Origin: a virus
Taxonomy: Duplodnaviria; Caudoviricetes
Length of the DNA: 64,000 nucleotides
Direction: 5' to 3' (one strand)
Virus record (IMG/VR): IMGVR_UViG_3300042691_028918
Coordinates: 1,338 to 65,337 of that record
Shown here: positions 29,311 to 39,512 of the stretch, one piece after another
Numbering within the stretch: the first letter of the stretch is position 1
Layout: the number at the start of each line of letters is the position of its first letter
The notes under the pieces: generated by a model
Told to the model about the DNA's origin: nothing
Database searches by the model: none
Seen by the model: the letters and a program-made list of their open reading frames with translations, nothing else
Translations under genes and position numbers: made by a program

Positions 29311-32300
29311 ATGAATTTAATAAACGAAATAGATAAACCAGAAGTAAAGAAAACTGTTGTAGTATTTTCAGGCAGATTTCAACCATTTCACAGAGGACAT
29401 TACGCAACCTACTCCCATTTAGTTTCTAAATTTGGAGAAGGAAATGTCTATATAGGAACATCAAACGACCAGTCTGGTCCCAAATCTCCATTTTCATTTA
29501 AAGAAAAGAAGGAAATAGCAACAAAAATGTTTGGTATTCCTTCTAATAAATTTATACAAGTTCGTAATCCATACCAGCCTGTAGAAATACTTAAAAAATT
29601 TGATGGAGAAACCACACAATACATTGCTGCGGTTGGAGAAAAAGATGCAACTAGATTGCAAGGTAAATATTTTAAACCATATAAAGGAAAAGCCGGATAT
29701 GGATACGATGAAATCGGTTATGTTTACCCAGTTCCTGCGGAACAAAATCCAATAAGTGGTACGGATGTTCGTAATAATTTGGGAGGTGGTGATTCTGAAA
29801 AAGCAAAAAAGTTTTTCCTAAAAGCATACCCTAAATTTGATAAAGAAATTTTTAAAATGATAACAAGCAAACTTAATGAGAATTTTATAAAGGGGTATCC
29901 ATCGAAAGAAGATGTAACAAAAATACAAAAGAAAAATGATGATATACGTGCTGCAGCAACGACAGATGATTCCTATGTATATGACCCTATAAATGAATTA
30001 ATAGGTAGAATCGCAGCAGAAGAAATATTTAATGAATTTATAGAAAATTATTTAGGAGAAGCACCAAATACCGCATTGGATAGAGATATTACATATACAA
30101 ATGCAAAAGGTAAACAAAAGAAAATAAAAGCAAGAGATGCTTTGAGATTACCGAAAGATCATCCAGCACATATTCAGGCAGCAAAATTAGCAGCAACGGA
30201 TAAAACGGCAGCTATGGCAAAAGGACCATCAGATGCACCTGCAAACGAACCAAATAAAAAACCGGATGTAACTATTCCTGGTCAAAAACCCGGAACAGTT
30301 GTTAAAAAAAGTGATGGTAAGCCTGATTTGGCAATACCATCCAATTCAAAACAAAAAACATCAAAAGAACCATCTGCAGCACCTCCACTTCCTGAACCAC
30401 AAAAATTAAGTGGTGCAGAATTAAAATCAACTGCAGAAACCGGCCCAAAAGACGAAAAAGCTGAAAAAGTAAAACAGGCATTAGATAATGCAAGAAAAGG
30501 TTTATCCGATGAAGATAATCAAACTATTGATAAAGTAAATAATCCAGATTCGCCTGAAAGAAAAGGCATGATGAATAGTGTTAAAAGTGGTTTAAAAAAG
30601 TTTGGTAAAGGTATTCTAAATTGGGGAAAACATCAGGCAGAGATGGTTGGTGGAAGCATATCGGCCGTCAAAGATTTGGCAACAACTGGTAAATTAGGGG
30701 CAGTTAAAGATAAAGAAGGAAAAAATAGACATTGGAGTGAATTTGCACAAGTTGGAAGAGGAGGCGGCCCGGATTATGAAGAAGTTGAAGTTGATGTAAC
30801 AGACAATCATGGACATCCAACCGGAAAAAAGAAAACCGAAAAAAGACCAAAGATATCGGAATATGCTTCCGATGAAGAAAAAGAATTGTTTAATCAATCT
30901 TGGGAAAAAAGCAAAAAGCAAAAGAAAGATTGTAAAAACTTTGCAATAAATGCCGGATTATTATTAGGTTCTCTGGCAGTAGGTGCTGCGGGAGTAGGAG
31001 CTGTAAAAGCAGCCATGGCCGGTGCATCGACAGCTAGTGCAATTGGATCAGCTGCAGCAAGTGGTGTATCGGGTGCTTTTACACATGGAGCAGTTGGGTT
31101 TGGTGCTCACCTTGCTAAAGATATAGGAAAACATGCAGCATTGGAAGCAATGGGAATGGGTGGTGTATCCGCAGCAAGTACTGGAGCAGCTTTGTCAACT
31201 GCCACATTGGGTATTTTAGAAAATATTGATGATAACGGTGAAAATAATAAATTTCTTATTAATGTAATTAAGAAGGCCGTAGAAAAAATGGAAAAATATA
31301 AACTTTCCGATGAACAACTTCTTAAATCAATTGAAAATTATAAAAAAAATAAACCAAAACAAGATGCTGCCGATTTATTAAAAGAAAACCTAACAGAAAC
31401 AAAACAAAAATCAATTGGACATTTTGTAGAGTGGGCAACGCAAAGATTAAAATTAAAAGAAGCACCAAAAGTAAATCTAGTAGGTGGTGGAGAGTTTGCA
31501 GAAATAAAAACATCACTTGGAGGATTTGACCCTGAAACGAAGGAAATATATGTTGCAACCGAAGGTAGATTAACTGCGGATATATTGAGAACTCTTGCAC
31601 ATGAGATGGTTCACAGGAAGCAAGATGAGATGGGATTGGTCAGAAACTCAATGCAGGATGGTGCAGATGGTTCACCGATAGAAAACCAAGCACATGCAGT
31701 AGCAGGAATCCTAATGAGAGAATATGGTAGAATAAATAAACAAATTTTCAAAGAAGATATTAATATAGATGTTGATAAAGGTGATACCGTATTGATGGGT
31801 AAATTTAAAAACAAAAAAGTTGATGTAAAAGATATTGGAAAAGATACTCATGGTATGCCGACTATAAATGGAAAACAAGCAACAACATTTAGAACGATTG
31901 GAGAAATGGGTGTTAAAGACATCCATTTCAAAAATATTATAAAATTATACAGAGACTCAAAATTTAGAAAAAGAATAAACGCATATTTGTTTGGAAGAGT
32001 AAATATGCCACCAAACCCTTCCGCAGTTGTAAAAGCATTACGTGGAATGGATTACGATGAAATTACGCAAATGGAAAAGGATTTAAATATCCAATCAAAT
32101 ATAGCTGAAGTAAGTACGGTAACGGTATCTAACACAGCCGATATACCAGATGGTTCTTTTATTGCAAAGGGAAAAAAGAGAAAACTTAATTCCGATAAAG
32201 GTGAAGATTGGTATGTTAATGGTGGATATACTCAAACTGATTTTCCAAAAGCGGATCCAATATTTGGTGATGAAGATGCAGATGAAAGAATTGTAAAATA

Positions 32301-33561
32301 TACAATAGATAATTTACCAAGAGTTGCATTTACTCCTACAAAATTTATTAAAGAAGAATTACTATTGGAGGGTGGTGCGTATGGACATATGTCACATCCG
32401 TTTGATGATATGGATTTAACATTTGGAGACCTTAAAAACATAATTACAGGAGCACTTAATGGTGATTTAGGAGTAGTTAGAGAAAAAACCGATGGACAGG
32501 CATTGGCAATTAGTTGGAAAAATGGTAGATTAATTGCAGCTAGAAACAAAGGACATTTGGCAAATGCAGGAGCAAACGCAATGGGAATTGAAGGTGTTGC
32601 ATCTAAATTTTCCGGCAGAGGTGGATTAACAGATGCATATAACTTTGCAATGAGAGATTTAACCGCAGCAATTTCATCTTTATCACAAAAGCAAAGGGAT
32701 AAGATATTCAATGAAGGTAAGTGTTTTATGAACATAGAAGTAATATGGCCAGAATCCGTAAATGTCATACCATATGGGCAGGCTCTATTAGTTTTTCATA
32801 ATACAACTTGTTATGATGAAAGTGGAAATGCCGTAGGCGCTGACCAAAGTGCAGCAAGAGTATTGGCCGGGATGATTAAACAAGTAAACGCAGATATCCA
32901 ATCAAAATATACAATACAGGGACCACCAATAACATCAATCCCAAAAAATGAAAATCTTTCTGCAAAGCAAGGAAAATATTTATCAAAATTAAATAGATTA
33001 CAATCGCAATTTGGATTAGGAGATGGTGATACGGTTGCACTATATCATCAAAGCTGGTGGGAAAACTTCATAGATACTAAAGCGCCTGTTAAGGTTGATA
33101 AAATTACAAAAGAAGCATTGGTGAGAAGATGGGCATTTGGTGATAAATCTTTTAGATTAAATACAATATCAAATCCTGATTTACAAAGTTGGGCAATGGA
33201 TAACGATAAAGTAAATGTTGTAAAACAACAAAAAGATAACATTAAACCATTTGAAGAAATATTTTTGGGAGTAGGTGCGGATGTATTAGATTTTGTTAGC
33301 TCTGTTTTGACCGTTCATCCTGATAAGGCTATTAGGTCTATGAAAGATAAGTTAAAACAAGTTGCATCACAAATAAAAACATCTGGTGATGCAACAAAAA
33401 TACAAAAATTTAAAACAGAATTAGCAAGGTTAAACTCTTTAGGTGGTATCAATAGAATTGTTGCAGCTGAGGGACTTGTATTTTTTTATAATGGTAAAAC
33501 GTACAAATTAACCGGAACATTTGCACCATTGAATCAGCTGCTTGGTATTTTTTACGAATAA
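29311..33561 (+). CDS. Multi-domain protein: HxGH nucleotidyltransferase-like + low-complexity/hydrophobic region + HExxH domain + C-terminal KxDG (ligase-like/DUF6267-like) domain
   Basis: 'FSGRFQPFHRGH', 'TLAHEMVHRKQ...IENQA' and 'GHMSHPFDD...EKTDG...EGLVF...YKLTG'. Confidence 0.7.
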   Translation: MNLINEIDKPEVKKTVVVFSGRFQPFHRGHYATYSHLVSKFGEGNVYIGTSNDQSGPKSPFSFKEKKEIATKMFGIPSNKFIQVRNPYQPVEILKKFDGETTQYIAAVGEKDATRLQGKYFKPYKGKAGYGYDEIGYVYPVPAEQNPISGTDVRNNLGGGDSEKAKKFFLKAYPKFDKEIFKMITSKLNENFIKGYPSKEDVTKIQKKNDDIRAAATTDDSYVYDPINELIGRIAAEEIFNEFIENYLGEAPNTALDRDITYTNAKGKQKKIKARDALRLPKDHPAHIQAAKLAATDKTAAMAKGPSDAPANEPNKKPDVTIPGQKPGTVVKKSDGKPDLAIPSNSKQKTSKEPSAAPPLPEPQKLSGAELKSTAETGPKDEKAEKVKQALDNARKGLSDEDNQTIDKVNNPDSPERKGMMNSVKSGLKKFGKGILNWGKHQAEMVGGSISAVKDLATTGKLGAVKDKEGKNRHWSEFAQVGRGGGPDYEEVEVDVTDNHGHPTGKKKTEKRPKISEYASDEEKELFNQSWEKSKKQKKDCKNFAINAGLLLGSLAVGAAGVGAVKAAMAGASTASAIGSAAASGVSGAFTHGAVGFGAHLAKDIGKHAALEAMGMGGVSAASTGAALSTATLGILENIDDNGENNKFLINVIKKAVEKMEKYKLSDEQLLKSIENYKKNKPKQDAADLLKENLTETKQKSIGHFVEWATQRLKLKEAPKVNLVGGGEFAEIKTSLGGFDPETKEIYVATEGRLTADILRTLAHEMVHRKQDEMGLVRNSMQDGADGSPIENQAHAVAGILMREYGRINKQIFKEDINIDVDKGDTVLMGKFKNKKVDVKDIGKDTHGMPTINGKQATTFRTIGEMGVKDIHFKNIIKLYRDSKFRKRINAYLFGRVNMPPNPSAVVKALRGMDYDEITQMEKDLNIQSNIAEVSTVTVSNTADIPDGSFIAKGKKRKLNSDKGEDWYVNGGYTQTDFPKADPIFGDEDADERIVKYTIDNLPRVAFTPTKFIKEELLLEGGAYGHMSHPFDDMDLTFGDLKNIITGALNGDLGVVREKTDGQALAISWKNGRLIAARNKGHLANAGANAMGIEGVASKFSGRGGLTDAYNFAMRDLTAAISSLSQKQRDKIFNEGKCFMNIEVIWPESVNVIPYGQALLVFHNTTCYDESGNAVGADQSAARVLAGMIKQVNADIQSKYTIQGPPITSIPKNENLSAKQGKYLSKLNRLQSQFGLGDGDTVALYHQSWWENFIDTKAPVKVDKITKEALVRRWAFGDKSFRLNTISNPDLQSWAMDNDKVNVVKQQKDNIKPFEEIFLGVGADVLDFVSSVLTVHPDKAIRSMKDKLKQVASQIKTSGDATKIQKFKTELARLNSLGGINRIVAAEGLVFFYNGKTYKLTGTFAPLNQLLGIFYE

Positions 33562-33606
33562 TTTTGATATATATTAAGAAACAATTAGTTACATAAATAA
33601 ATTAGT

Positions 33607-34278
33607 ATGGCAAAAAGAAAAAGCTTTGATGAAAAATCAAAAGGGATGCATAAATCCCGTAAACTTATCATAGATACCGTATTTGGTAGAGAAGATAATA
33701 CGCAGAGAGTTTTTGGTTATGAAAAATCAGAAGATACAACAAAAAGAGAAGTTGGTGATAGGTGGGTAGATGGTGATGGTAAGGAGTGGGAACAAAAAGA
33801 TGGATTTAAAGTATCCGTTAGTCAAATGGATGATGTCAGACAGTTTTTACAAAAATTAAGTACATGTCATTCCGAAAATTGTGAGACCAAACAATATAGT
33901 AGAGCCGATAAAAAATTGATAGTAAAAACGGGATATTGTATAGTTTGTTTAGCAAAACTAGAAGCAAAATTAAAAGCAGATGGAACTTATCCATTTTATG
34001 AAGATTATAAAATAACTTTGAATAAATTAGGATTTATAAGAGATTTCAAACAAAAATGCGAAGATAGTTTGAATTCTTTAAAAAAGGATTTCCAAATGGT
34101 AACAGAAGATGGTAGGATAGAAAACTGGACTTGGGAAGTAGATATTGATCAGGTTAAAAAAGATTTACAATCAGATATAGATAACTCTTATGAATCTATA
34201 GAATTACTATTGGAAAGAAGAAAAGTATTAGAAGAAAAATTATTAGAATTGAATCATCCAGAACTGATTAAAAAATAA
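33607..34278 (+). CDS. Hypothetical protein with Cys pairs and coiled coil
   Basis: 223 aa. 'REVGDRW.D.DGKEWEQKDG', CxxxxC and CxxC. Confidence 0.6.
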   Translation: MAKRKSFDEKSKGMHKSRKLIIDTVFGREDNTQRVFGYEKSEDTTKREVGDRWVDGDGKEWEQKDGFKVSVSQMDDVRQFLQKLSTCHSENCETKQYSRADKKLIVKTGYCIVCLAKLEAKLKADGTYPFYEDYKITLNKLGFIRDFKQKCEDSLNSLKKDFQMVTEDGRIENWTWEVDIDQVKKDLQSDIDNSYESIELLLERRKVLEEKLLELNHPELIKK

Positions 34279-34281
34279 ATT

Positions 34282-34920
34282 ATGAAAAAATTTTTAAATG
34301 TAAAAAATATTATAATAGCAATACTTTGTATTGTACTTTTATTTAACTACCTAAAGGGATGTGTAGGAAAAAAAGAAGAAAAACCAACCGAAACCATAAA
34401 AATAGATGGTAAAAAGTATGAAGTTATAAAAAAAGAAATAGATACATTCTATTTAGAAAAAACAAAGGTAGTAAAGAAACCAGGGAAAGATATATACCAT
34501 GACACAACGATATATGTATCAGTTCCGCAAAACGTAGATACTGCAAAAATTTTATCACAATACTATGCTAAAAATGTATATAAAGATACATTGAAATTGG
34601 ATGATAGTCTTGGTTTTGTTTCGGTAATAGATACTATAAAAGAAAATACAATTCATTATAGAACTTTTAATGCAAAGGTTAGAGAAAAAATTGTTGAACA
34701 AAAAATATATTTAAAAGAACCACCAAAAAGACAATTGTATTTTGGATTTGAAGGCACTTTTGATAAAGCAGAAGTATTTAGAGGTGTTGGAACCGGTGTT
34801 GTTTATAAAACAAAATCTGATAAATTATATAAAGCAAATATTGGCGTTTTGAATTTACAAAATGATTTATCACCATATCTGAATGTGGGTATGTATTGGA
34901 AAATCAAATTAAAAAAATAA
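34282..34920 (+). CDS. Membrane/lipoprotein, possible spanin-like lysis accessory
   Basis: Basic N-terminus, hydrophobic helix and 'LKGC'. Repeated 'DT' strands and a C-terminal amphipathic beta strand 'YLNVGMYWKI'. Confidence 0.4.
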   Translation: MKKFLNVKNIIIAILCIVLLFNYLKGCVGKKEEKPTETIKIDGKKYEVIKKEIDTFYLEKTKVVKKPGKDIYHDTTIYVSVPQNVDTAKILSQYYAKNVYKDTLKLDDSLGFVSVIDTIKENTIHYRTFNAKVREKIVEQKIYLKEPPKRQLYFGFEGTFDKAEVFRGVGTGVVYKTKSDKLYKANIGVLNLQNDLSPYLNVGMYWKIKLKK

Positions 34921-36530
34921 TGGCGGTACAAGGTGCACCAAAAAAAAATTTAAAAGAACTAATATCGGATGAATATCGTAAATGTGCGGGAGACCCCATT
35001 TACTTTATGAAAAAATATTGTATAATTCAACATCCGACTAGAGGAAAAATCCCATTTCATTTATACCAATTTCAGCAAGAATGCCTAACTGATTTTAAAG
35101 AAAATCGTTTTAATATTATTCTTAAAAGTAGGCAGCTTGGATTATCTACACTTTCAGCTGGATTTATTCTTTGGAAAATGTTATTCAATCAGGATTTTAA
35201 TGCATTGGTTATTGCAACTAAAGTAACGGTAGCAAAAAATCTTGTAGAAAAAGTTAGAGTAATGCATGATTTACTTCCTGTTTGGTTAAGAGATGGTGGT
35301 AATTCTTCTGTTGAGGATAACAAACTTTCTCTTAAATTAAAAAACGGTTCGCAAGTAAAAGCAATCGCATCTTCTCCAGATGCAGGACGTTCTGAAGCAC
35401 TATCACTATTGGTAGTAGATGAGGCGGCATTCATTAGAGATATTGATGAAATTTGGTTATCAGCACAATCAACTCTATCAACGGGTGGTTCGGCAATCGT
35501 ATTATCTACACCAAATGGTGTTGGTAATTGGTTTCATAAAATGTGGGTAGAAGGAGAAAATGGTTCAAATGGATTTAATACCATAAAATTACATTGGACT
35601 GTACATCCTGAAAGAAATCAAGAGTGGAGAAACGAACAGACACGTATATTAGGAATTAAAGGTGCATCGCAAGAGTGTGATTGTGATTTCGTTGGATCCG
35701 GTGATACTGTGATTGATCCACAACTATTAATGTGGTATAAGGATACATACGTTATGGAGCCAGTAGAGAAGAGAGGATTCGATGGCAATCTTTGGATATG
35801 GGAACATCCAAATTATAATAGGCAATATATGGTTGTTGCAGACGTAGCGAGAGGTGATGGATCCGATTATTCAACGGCGCAAATAATTGATATAGAAGAT
35901 TGTTCACAAGTTGGAGAATATAGAGGCAAAATTGATACAAAAGATTTTGGAAACTTCCTAACCGCATTAGCAACGGAATATAACAACGCATTACTTGTAG
36001 TAGAAAACTCAAACGTAGGTTGGGCAGCAATACAGCAAGTTATAGATAGGGGGTATCCTAATTTATTCTATATGAGTAATGATCTTAAATATGTTGATGT
36101 TGAAAAACAAATGTCTAACAAATATTATAGAGATGAAAGGCAAATGGTAGCCGGATTTTCTACCACAACAAAGACACGACCTCTTATCATTTCTGCATTG
36201 GACACTTACTTAAATGAAAAGGAAATATTAGTTAGATCATCAAGATTAATAGAAGAATTATTTACATTCATATGGAATGGTGGTAGAGCGGAAGCAATGA
36301 AAGGGTATAATGATGACCTTACGATGGCATTGGCAATTGGATTGTGGGTAAGAAACACCGCGTTAAGATTAAAGCAAGAGGGAATTGACTTAACGAAAGC
36401 AATGTTAGGATCTTCACAAATAAAAAAATACGAAGGAGTATATACTCCCGCATCTCATTTAAAACAAAATCCATATGAAATGGATATGGGTAAAGGAGAA
36501 AAGGAAAATTTACATTGGTTATTGGGATAA
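34920..36530 (+). CDS. terL: Terminase large subunit (T4 gp17-like)
   Basis: 'KSRQLGLST' Walker A, 'LLVVDEAAF' Walker B, 'STPNG' coupling motif and nuclease 'ADVARGDGSDYS...DDLTMALA'. Start likely ATG 34920. Confidence 0.95.
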   Translation: MAVQGAPKKNLKELISDEYRKCAGDPIYFMKKYCIIQHPTRGKIPFHLYQFQQECLTDFKENRFNIILKSRQLGLSTLSAGFILWKMLFNQDFNALVIATKVTVAKNLVEKVRVMHDLLPVWLRDGGNSSVEDNKLSLKLKNGSQVKAIASSPDAGRSEALSLLVVDEAAFIRDIDEIWLSAQSTLSTGGSAIVLSTPNGVGNWFHKMWVEGENGSNGFNTIKLHWTVHPERNQEWRNEQTRILGIKGASQECDCDFVGSGDTVIDPQLLMWYKDTYVMEPVEKRGFDGNLWIWEHPNYNRQYMVVADVARGDGSDYSTAQIIDIEDCSQVGEYRGKIDTKDFGNFLTALATEYNNALLVVENSNVGWAAIQQVIDRGYPNLFYMSNDLKYVDVEKQMSNKYYRDERQMVAGFSTTTKTRPLIISALDTYLNEKEILVRSSRLIEELFTFIWNGGRAEAMKGYNDDLTMALAIGLWVRNTALRLKQEGIDLTKAMLGSSQIKKYEGVYTPASHLKQNPYEMDMGKGEKENLHWLLG

Positions 36531-36560
36531 TCTTATATTTATATGTTGAAAGTATAACAA

Positions 36561-37676
36561 ATGAACGAAGATTTGAATAAATGGTTTAAAGAAAAATGGG
36601 TAAACATTGGCAAAAAAGTCGATGGTAAGCACCCACCATGTGGAACTTCGGGAGAAAAAAGTGGTTATGCTAAATGTGTTCCTGCAGCAAAAGCAGCGGG
36701 GATGAGTAAGAAGGAAAAAGAAAGTGCAACTCGTAGAAAGAGAGCGGCACAAAATGATGCAGATAGGGGTGGTAAGAATAGTAGTGGACAAGGCAAAACA
36801 CCTATATATGTTTCTACTAAACCAAAAAATGAAGATTGGAGTCAGAAATATAAAAATAGTATAGATTGTAATAACCCAAAAGGGTTCTCTCAAAAAGCAC
36901 ATTGTGCTAAAAAAAAGAAAAATGAAATTATGACTATAGAAGAAAAAATGGAATTATTTTTGGAAAAGAATTGCCCAACTGATCCAGGTAAATGGTCGGC
37001 ATCTAAAGCGGCAGCAAAATCTAAATTTGATGTATACCCATCAGCTTACGCAAATGGTTGGGCTGCAAAAAATTATAAATCAAAAGGTGGTGGTTGGAGA
37101 ACTTGTAAAGAAAGTGTTCAATTAGATGAAGGTTGTTGGGATGGGTATCAACAGGTCGGAATGAAAGAAAAAAATGGTAAAATGGTTCCTAATTGTGTAC
37201 CAATAAACGAAAATATAAATGAAATGAAACTTATTAACTTATTACCTGTAAATTTACATAAAGAAGATAACCATATGCCAAATCATCCTGAAAGAAGAGA
37301 TGATGATAGTGAAATAAACTATGGTACAGTTGAACCTGATGAATATGATGTAGAAGATGAAGATATGGAAGATTTCATATCCTTTATGCGTACATACTCA
37401 AAGGAATTAAACGAAGCAACTTGTCCTTGTTTATTAGAAGCAGAATATCAAGGTAGAGATGTTCCATTGGGAAAACCAATGAGAGGAGATGTTAAAAAAT
37501 TTAAAGTATACGTAAAAAACCCAGCTGGTAATGTGGTTAAGGTAAACTTTGGTGACCCTAATATGAGGATTAAAAAATCAAATCCTGATAGAAGGAGAAG
37601 TTTTAGAGCAAGACACAATTGTGATAATCCTGGCCCAAGAACTAAAGCAAGATACTGGAGTTGCCGTAAGTGGTAA
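36561..37676 (+). CDS. Modular head-associated protein made of small Cys-containing domains (DUF5872/DUF6321-like)
   Basis: Modules 'KWFKEKWVNIG..CG..KCVP', 'IDCNNPKGFSQKAHC', 'KFDVYPSAYANGW', 'CWDGY..G.K...VPNCVP' and 'KKFKVYV...FGDPNM...SFRARHNCD...YWSC'. Confidence 0.65.
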   Translation: MNEDLNKWFKEKWVNIGKKVDGKHPPCGTSGEKSGYAKCVPAAKAAGMSKKEKESATRRKRAAQNDADRGGKNSSGQGKTPIYVSTKPKNEDWSQKYKNSIDCNNPKGFSQKAHCAKKKKNEIMTIEEKMELFLEKNCPTDPGKWSASKAAAKSKFDVYPSAYANGWAAKNYKSKGGGWRTCKESVQLDEGCWDGYQQVGMKEKNGKMVPNCVPINENINEMKLINLLPVNLHKEDNHMPNHPERRDDDSEINYGTVEPDEYDVEDEDMEDFISFMRTYSKELNEATCPCLLEAEYQGRDVPLGKPMRGDVKKFKVYVKNPAGNVVKVNFGDPNMRIKKSNPDRRRSFRARHNCDNPGPRTKARYWSCRKW

Positions 37677-37708
37677 TTTGGTAAACCCAAAAAAATTTCG
37701 TATATTAA
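37677..37708 (+). promoter_or_regulatory. Bacteroidota-type promoter-like motif upstream of portal
   Basis: TTTG (37677-37680), 20 nt spacer, TATATTAA (37701-37708). Same architecture as 8498-8529. Confidence 0.4.
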
Positions 37709-37725
37709 AAAAAATTTTACACTAA

Positions 37726-39468
37726 ATGGCAGATAAATCTATATTCGGCAGGTTACAAAAACTATTTTCAACAAACACTATAATTCGTAAAACTCCAGAT
37801 GGGGTAAAGGTTGTAGATACGGATGAGTATCAATCTATGACAACCAATCTTGTTGATCGTTTTATGAAATTAAAGGTTAGTAATTATGCAGGCGGAGTAG
37901 AATCCGGATTGGCATATCAACAAGTCCGTATTGATCTTTTTAGAGATTATGATTCAATGGATATGGATCCAATCATTAGTGCCGCACTTAATGTATATGC
38001 GGATGAGTGTACTGCTAGAAATGAATTTGGAAATGTTTTAAAAATTCATCATGAAGATGATAATATAAAACAAATTTTAGAAAACTTATTTTACGATATT
38101 CTAAATATAGAACATAATTTGTGGATGTGGAGCCGTAATTTGGTAAAATACGGTGATTTTTATTTACAATTGGAGATGGCAGAAGGATTGGGTATTGTAA
38201 ATGTTTTACCATTATCAACGTATGAAATGAGTAGAATTGAAGGATTTGATCCACAAAATCCACAAAGAGTTAAATTTGTTTACGCTCCATATCAAAATCC
38301 ATATAATGCAGTTGGACAAAGTGCAAAAAAAGAATACGAAAATTACGAGATTGCACACTTTCGTTTGAATGGTGATGCAAACTTTTTACCATATGGTAAA
38401 TCAATGATAGAGGGCGGCCGCCGAGTTTGGAAACAATTATCACTTATGGAAGATGCAATGCTAATTCATAGAGTGATGCGTGCACCGGAAAAAAGAATAT
38501 TCAAAGTTGATGTAGGTAATATTCCCCCAAATGAGGTTGATAATTACATGCAGAAAATTATAAACAACTCCAAAAAAGTACCATTTGTTGATGAGAGAAC
38601 AGGCGAATATAACTTAAAGTATAATATTCAAAACCTTATCGAAGATTATTATATGCCAGTTCGTGGTAATGATAGTGGAACATCAATTGATACCCTAAAG
38701 GGGTTGGAATATAATATGATTGATGATATCAACTATTTAAAAGGAAAAATGTTAGCCGCACTTCAAATTCCAAAAGCATTTATAGGATATGAAGAAGAAA
38801 CAAATGGTAAAGCTACTTTAGCGGGAATGGATGTTCGTTTTGCAAAAACGATTGAGAGAATCCAAAGAACTATGATTTCCGAATTGACAAAAATAGCTAT
38901 AATTCATTTATATGCACAAGGAATAAACGATGAGAGATTGACTAATTTTTCTTTAGAATTAACCATTCCTTCAAAAATATATGAGCAAGAAAAAGTTGAA
39001 TTGTATACTGCAAAAGTACAACTAATAACATCCATGCAACAAACAAAGATGTTCTCTAAAGAATGGATGTATGAAGCAATTATGGGAATGGCCAAAGATG
39101 AACAAGATCAACAAACATTGGCCGTATTGGAAGATACAAAACAACAATTCCGTTTAACATCTATCGAAACGCAAGGTGTAGATCCTGCGAAAGAAACAGG
39201 AACAGAAGCACCTACAAACGTTGAAGAAGAAATTGCAAAAATAAAAGCTGAATTGGAAGAAGATGGTGTTGGTAGACCTAAAGATTCTGTTAGATATGGT
39301 AAAGATGACCATCCGGAGGGAAGAGACCCATTAGGAATTAAAACTCTTAAACAAAAGGAAGGATCGGTAAAATATAAACCAAGAAAAACACCATATTTAG
39401 AAATATTCAAAGATATGAATGGAAATAAAAAGAGAATTTTGACAGAGGATATAACAAAAGAGCAATAA
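37726..39468 (+). CDS. gp20: Portal protein (T4 gp20-like)
   Basis: 'LMEDAMLIHRVMRAPEKRIFKVDVGNIP...EDYYMPVRG...GTSIDTLKG...DDINYL' are hallmark gp20 motifs. Confidence 0.95.
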   Translation: MADKSIFGRLQKLFSTNTIIRKTPDGVKVVDTDEYQSMTTNLVDRFMKLKVSNYAGGVESGLAYQQVRIDLFRDYDSMDMDPIISAALNVYADECTARNEFGNVLKIHHEDDNIKQILENLFYDILNIEHNLWMWSRNLVKYGDFYLQLEMAEGLGIVNVLPLSTYEMSRIEGFDPQNPQRVKFVYAPYQNPYNAVGQSAKKEYENYEIAHFRLNGDANFLPYGKSMIEGGRRVWKQLSLMEDAMLIHRVMRAPEKRIFKVDVGNIPPNEVDNYMQKIINNSKKVPFVDERTGEYNLKYNIQNLIEDYYMPVRGNDSGTSIDTLKGLEYNMIDDINYLKGKMLAALQIPKAFIGYEEETNGKATLAGMDVRFAKTIERIQRTMISELTKIAIIHLYAQGINDERLTNFSLELTIPSKIYEQEKVELYTAKVQLITSMQQTKMFSKEWMYEAIMGMAKDEQDQQTLAVLEDTKQQFRLTSIETQGVDPAKETGTEAPTNVEEEIAKIKAELEEDGVGRPKDSVRYGKDDHPEGRDPLGIKTLKQKEGSVKYKPRKTPYLEIFKDMNGNKKRILTEDITKEQ

Positions 39469-39512
39469 ACTAATACAAAAGTATATTTATATCTGATTAA
39501 TTGTACAAATTG

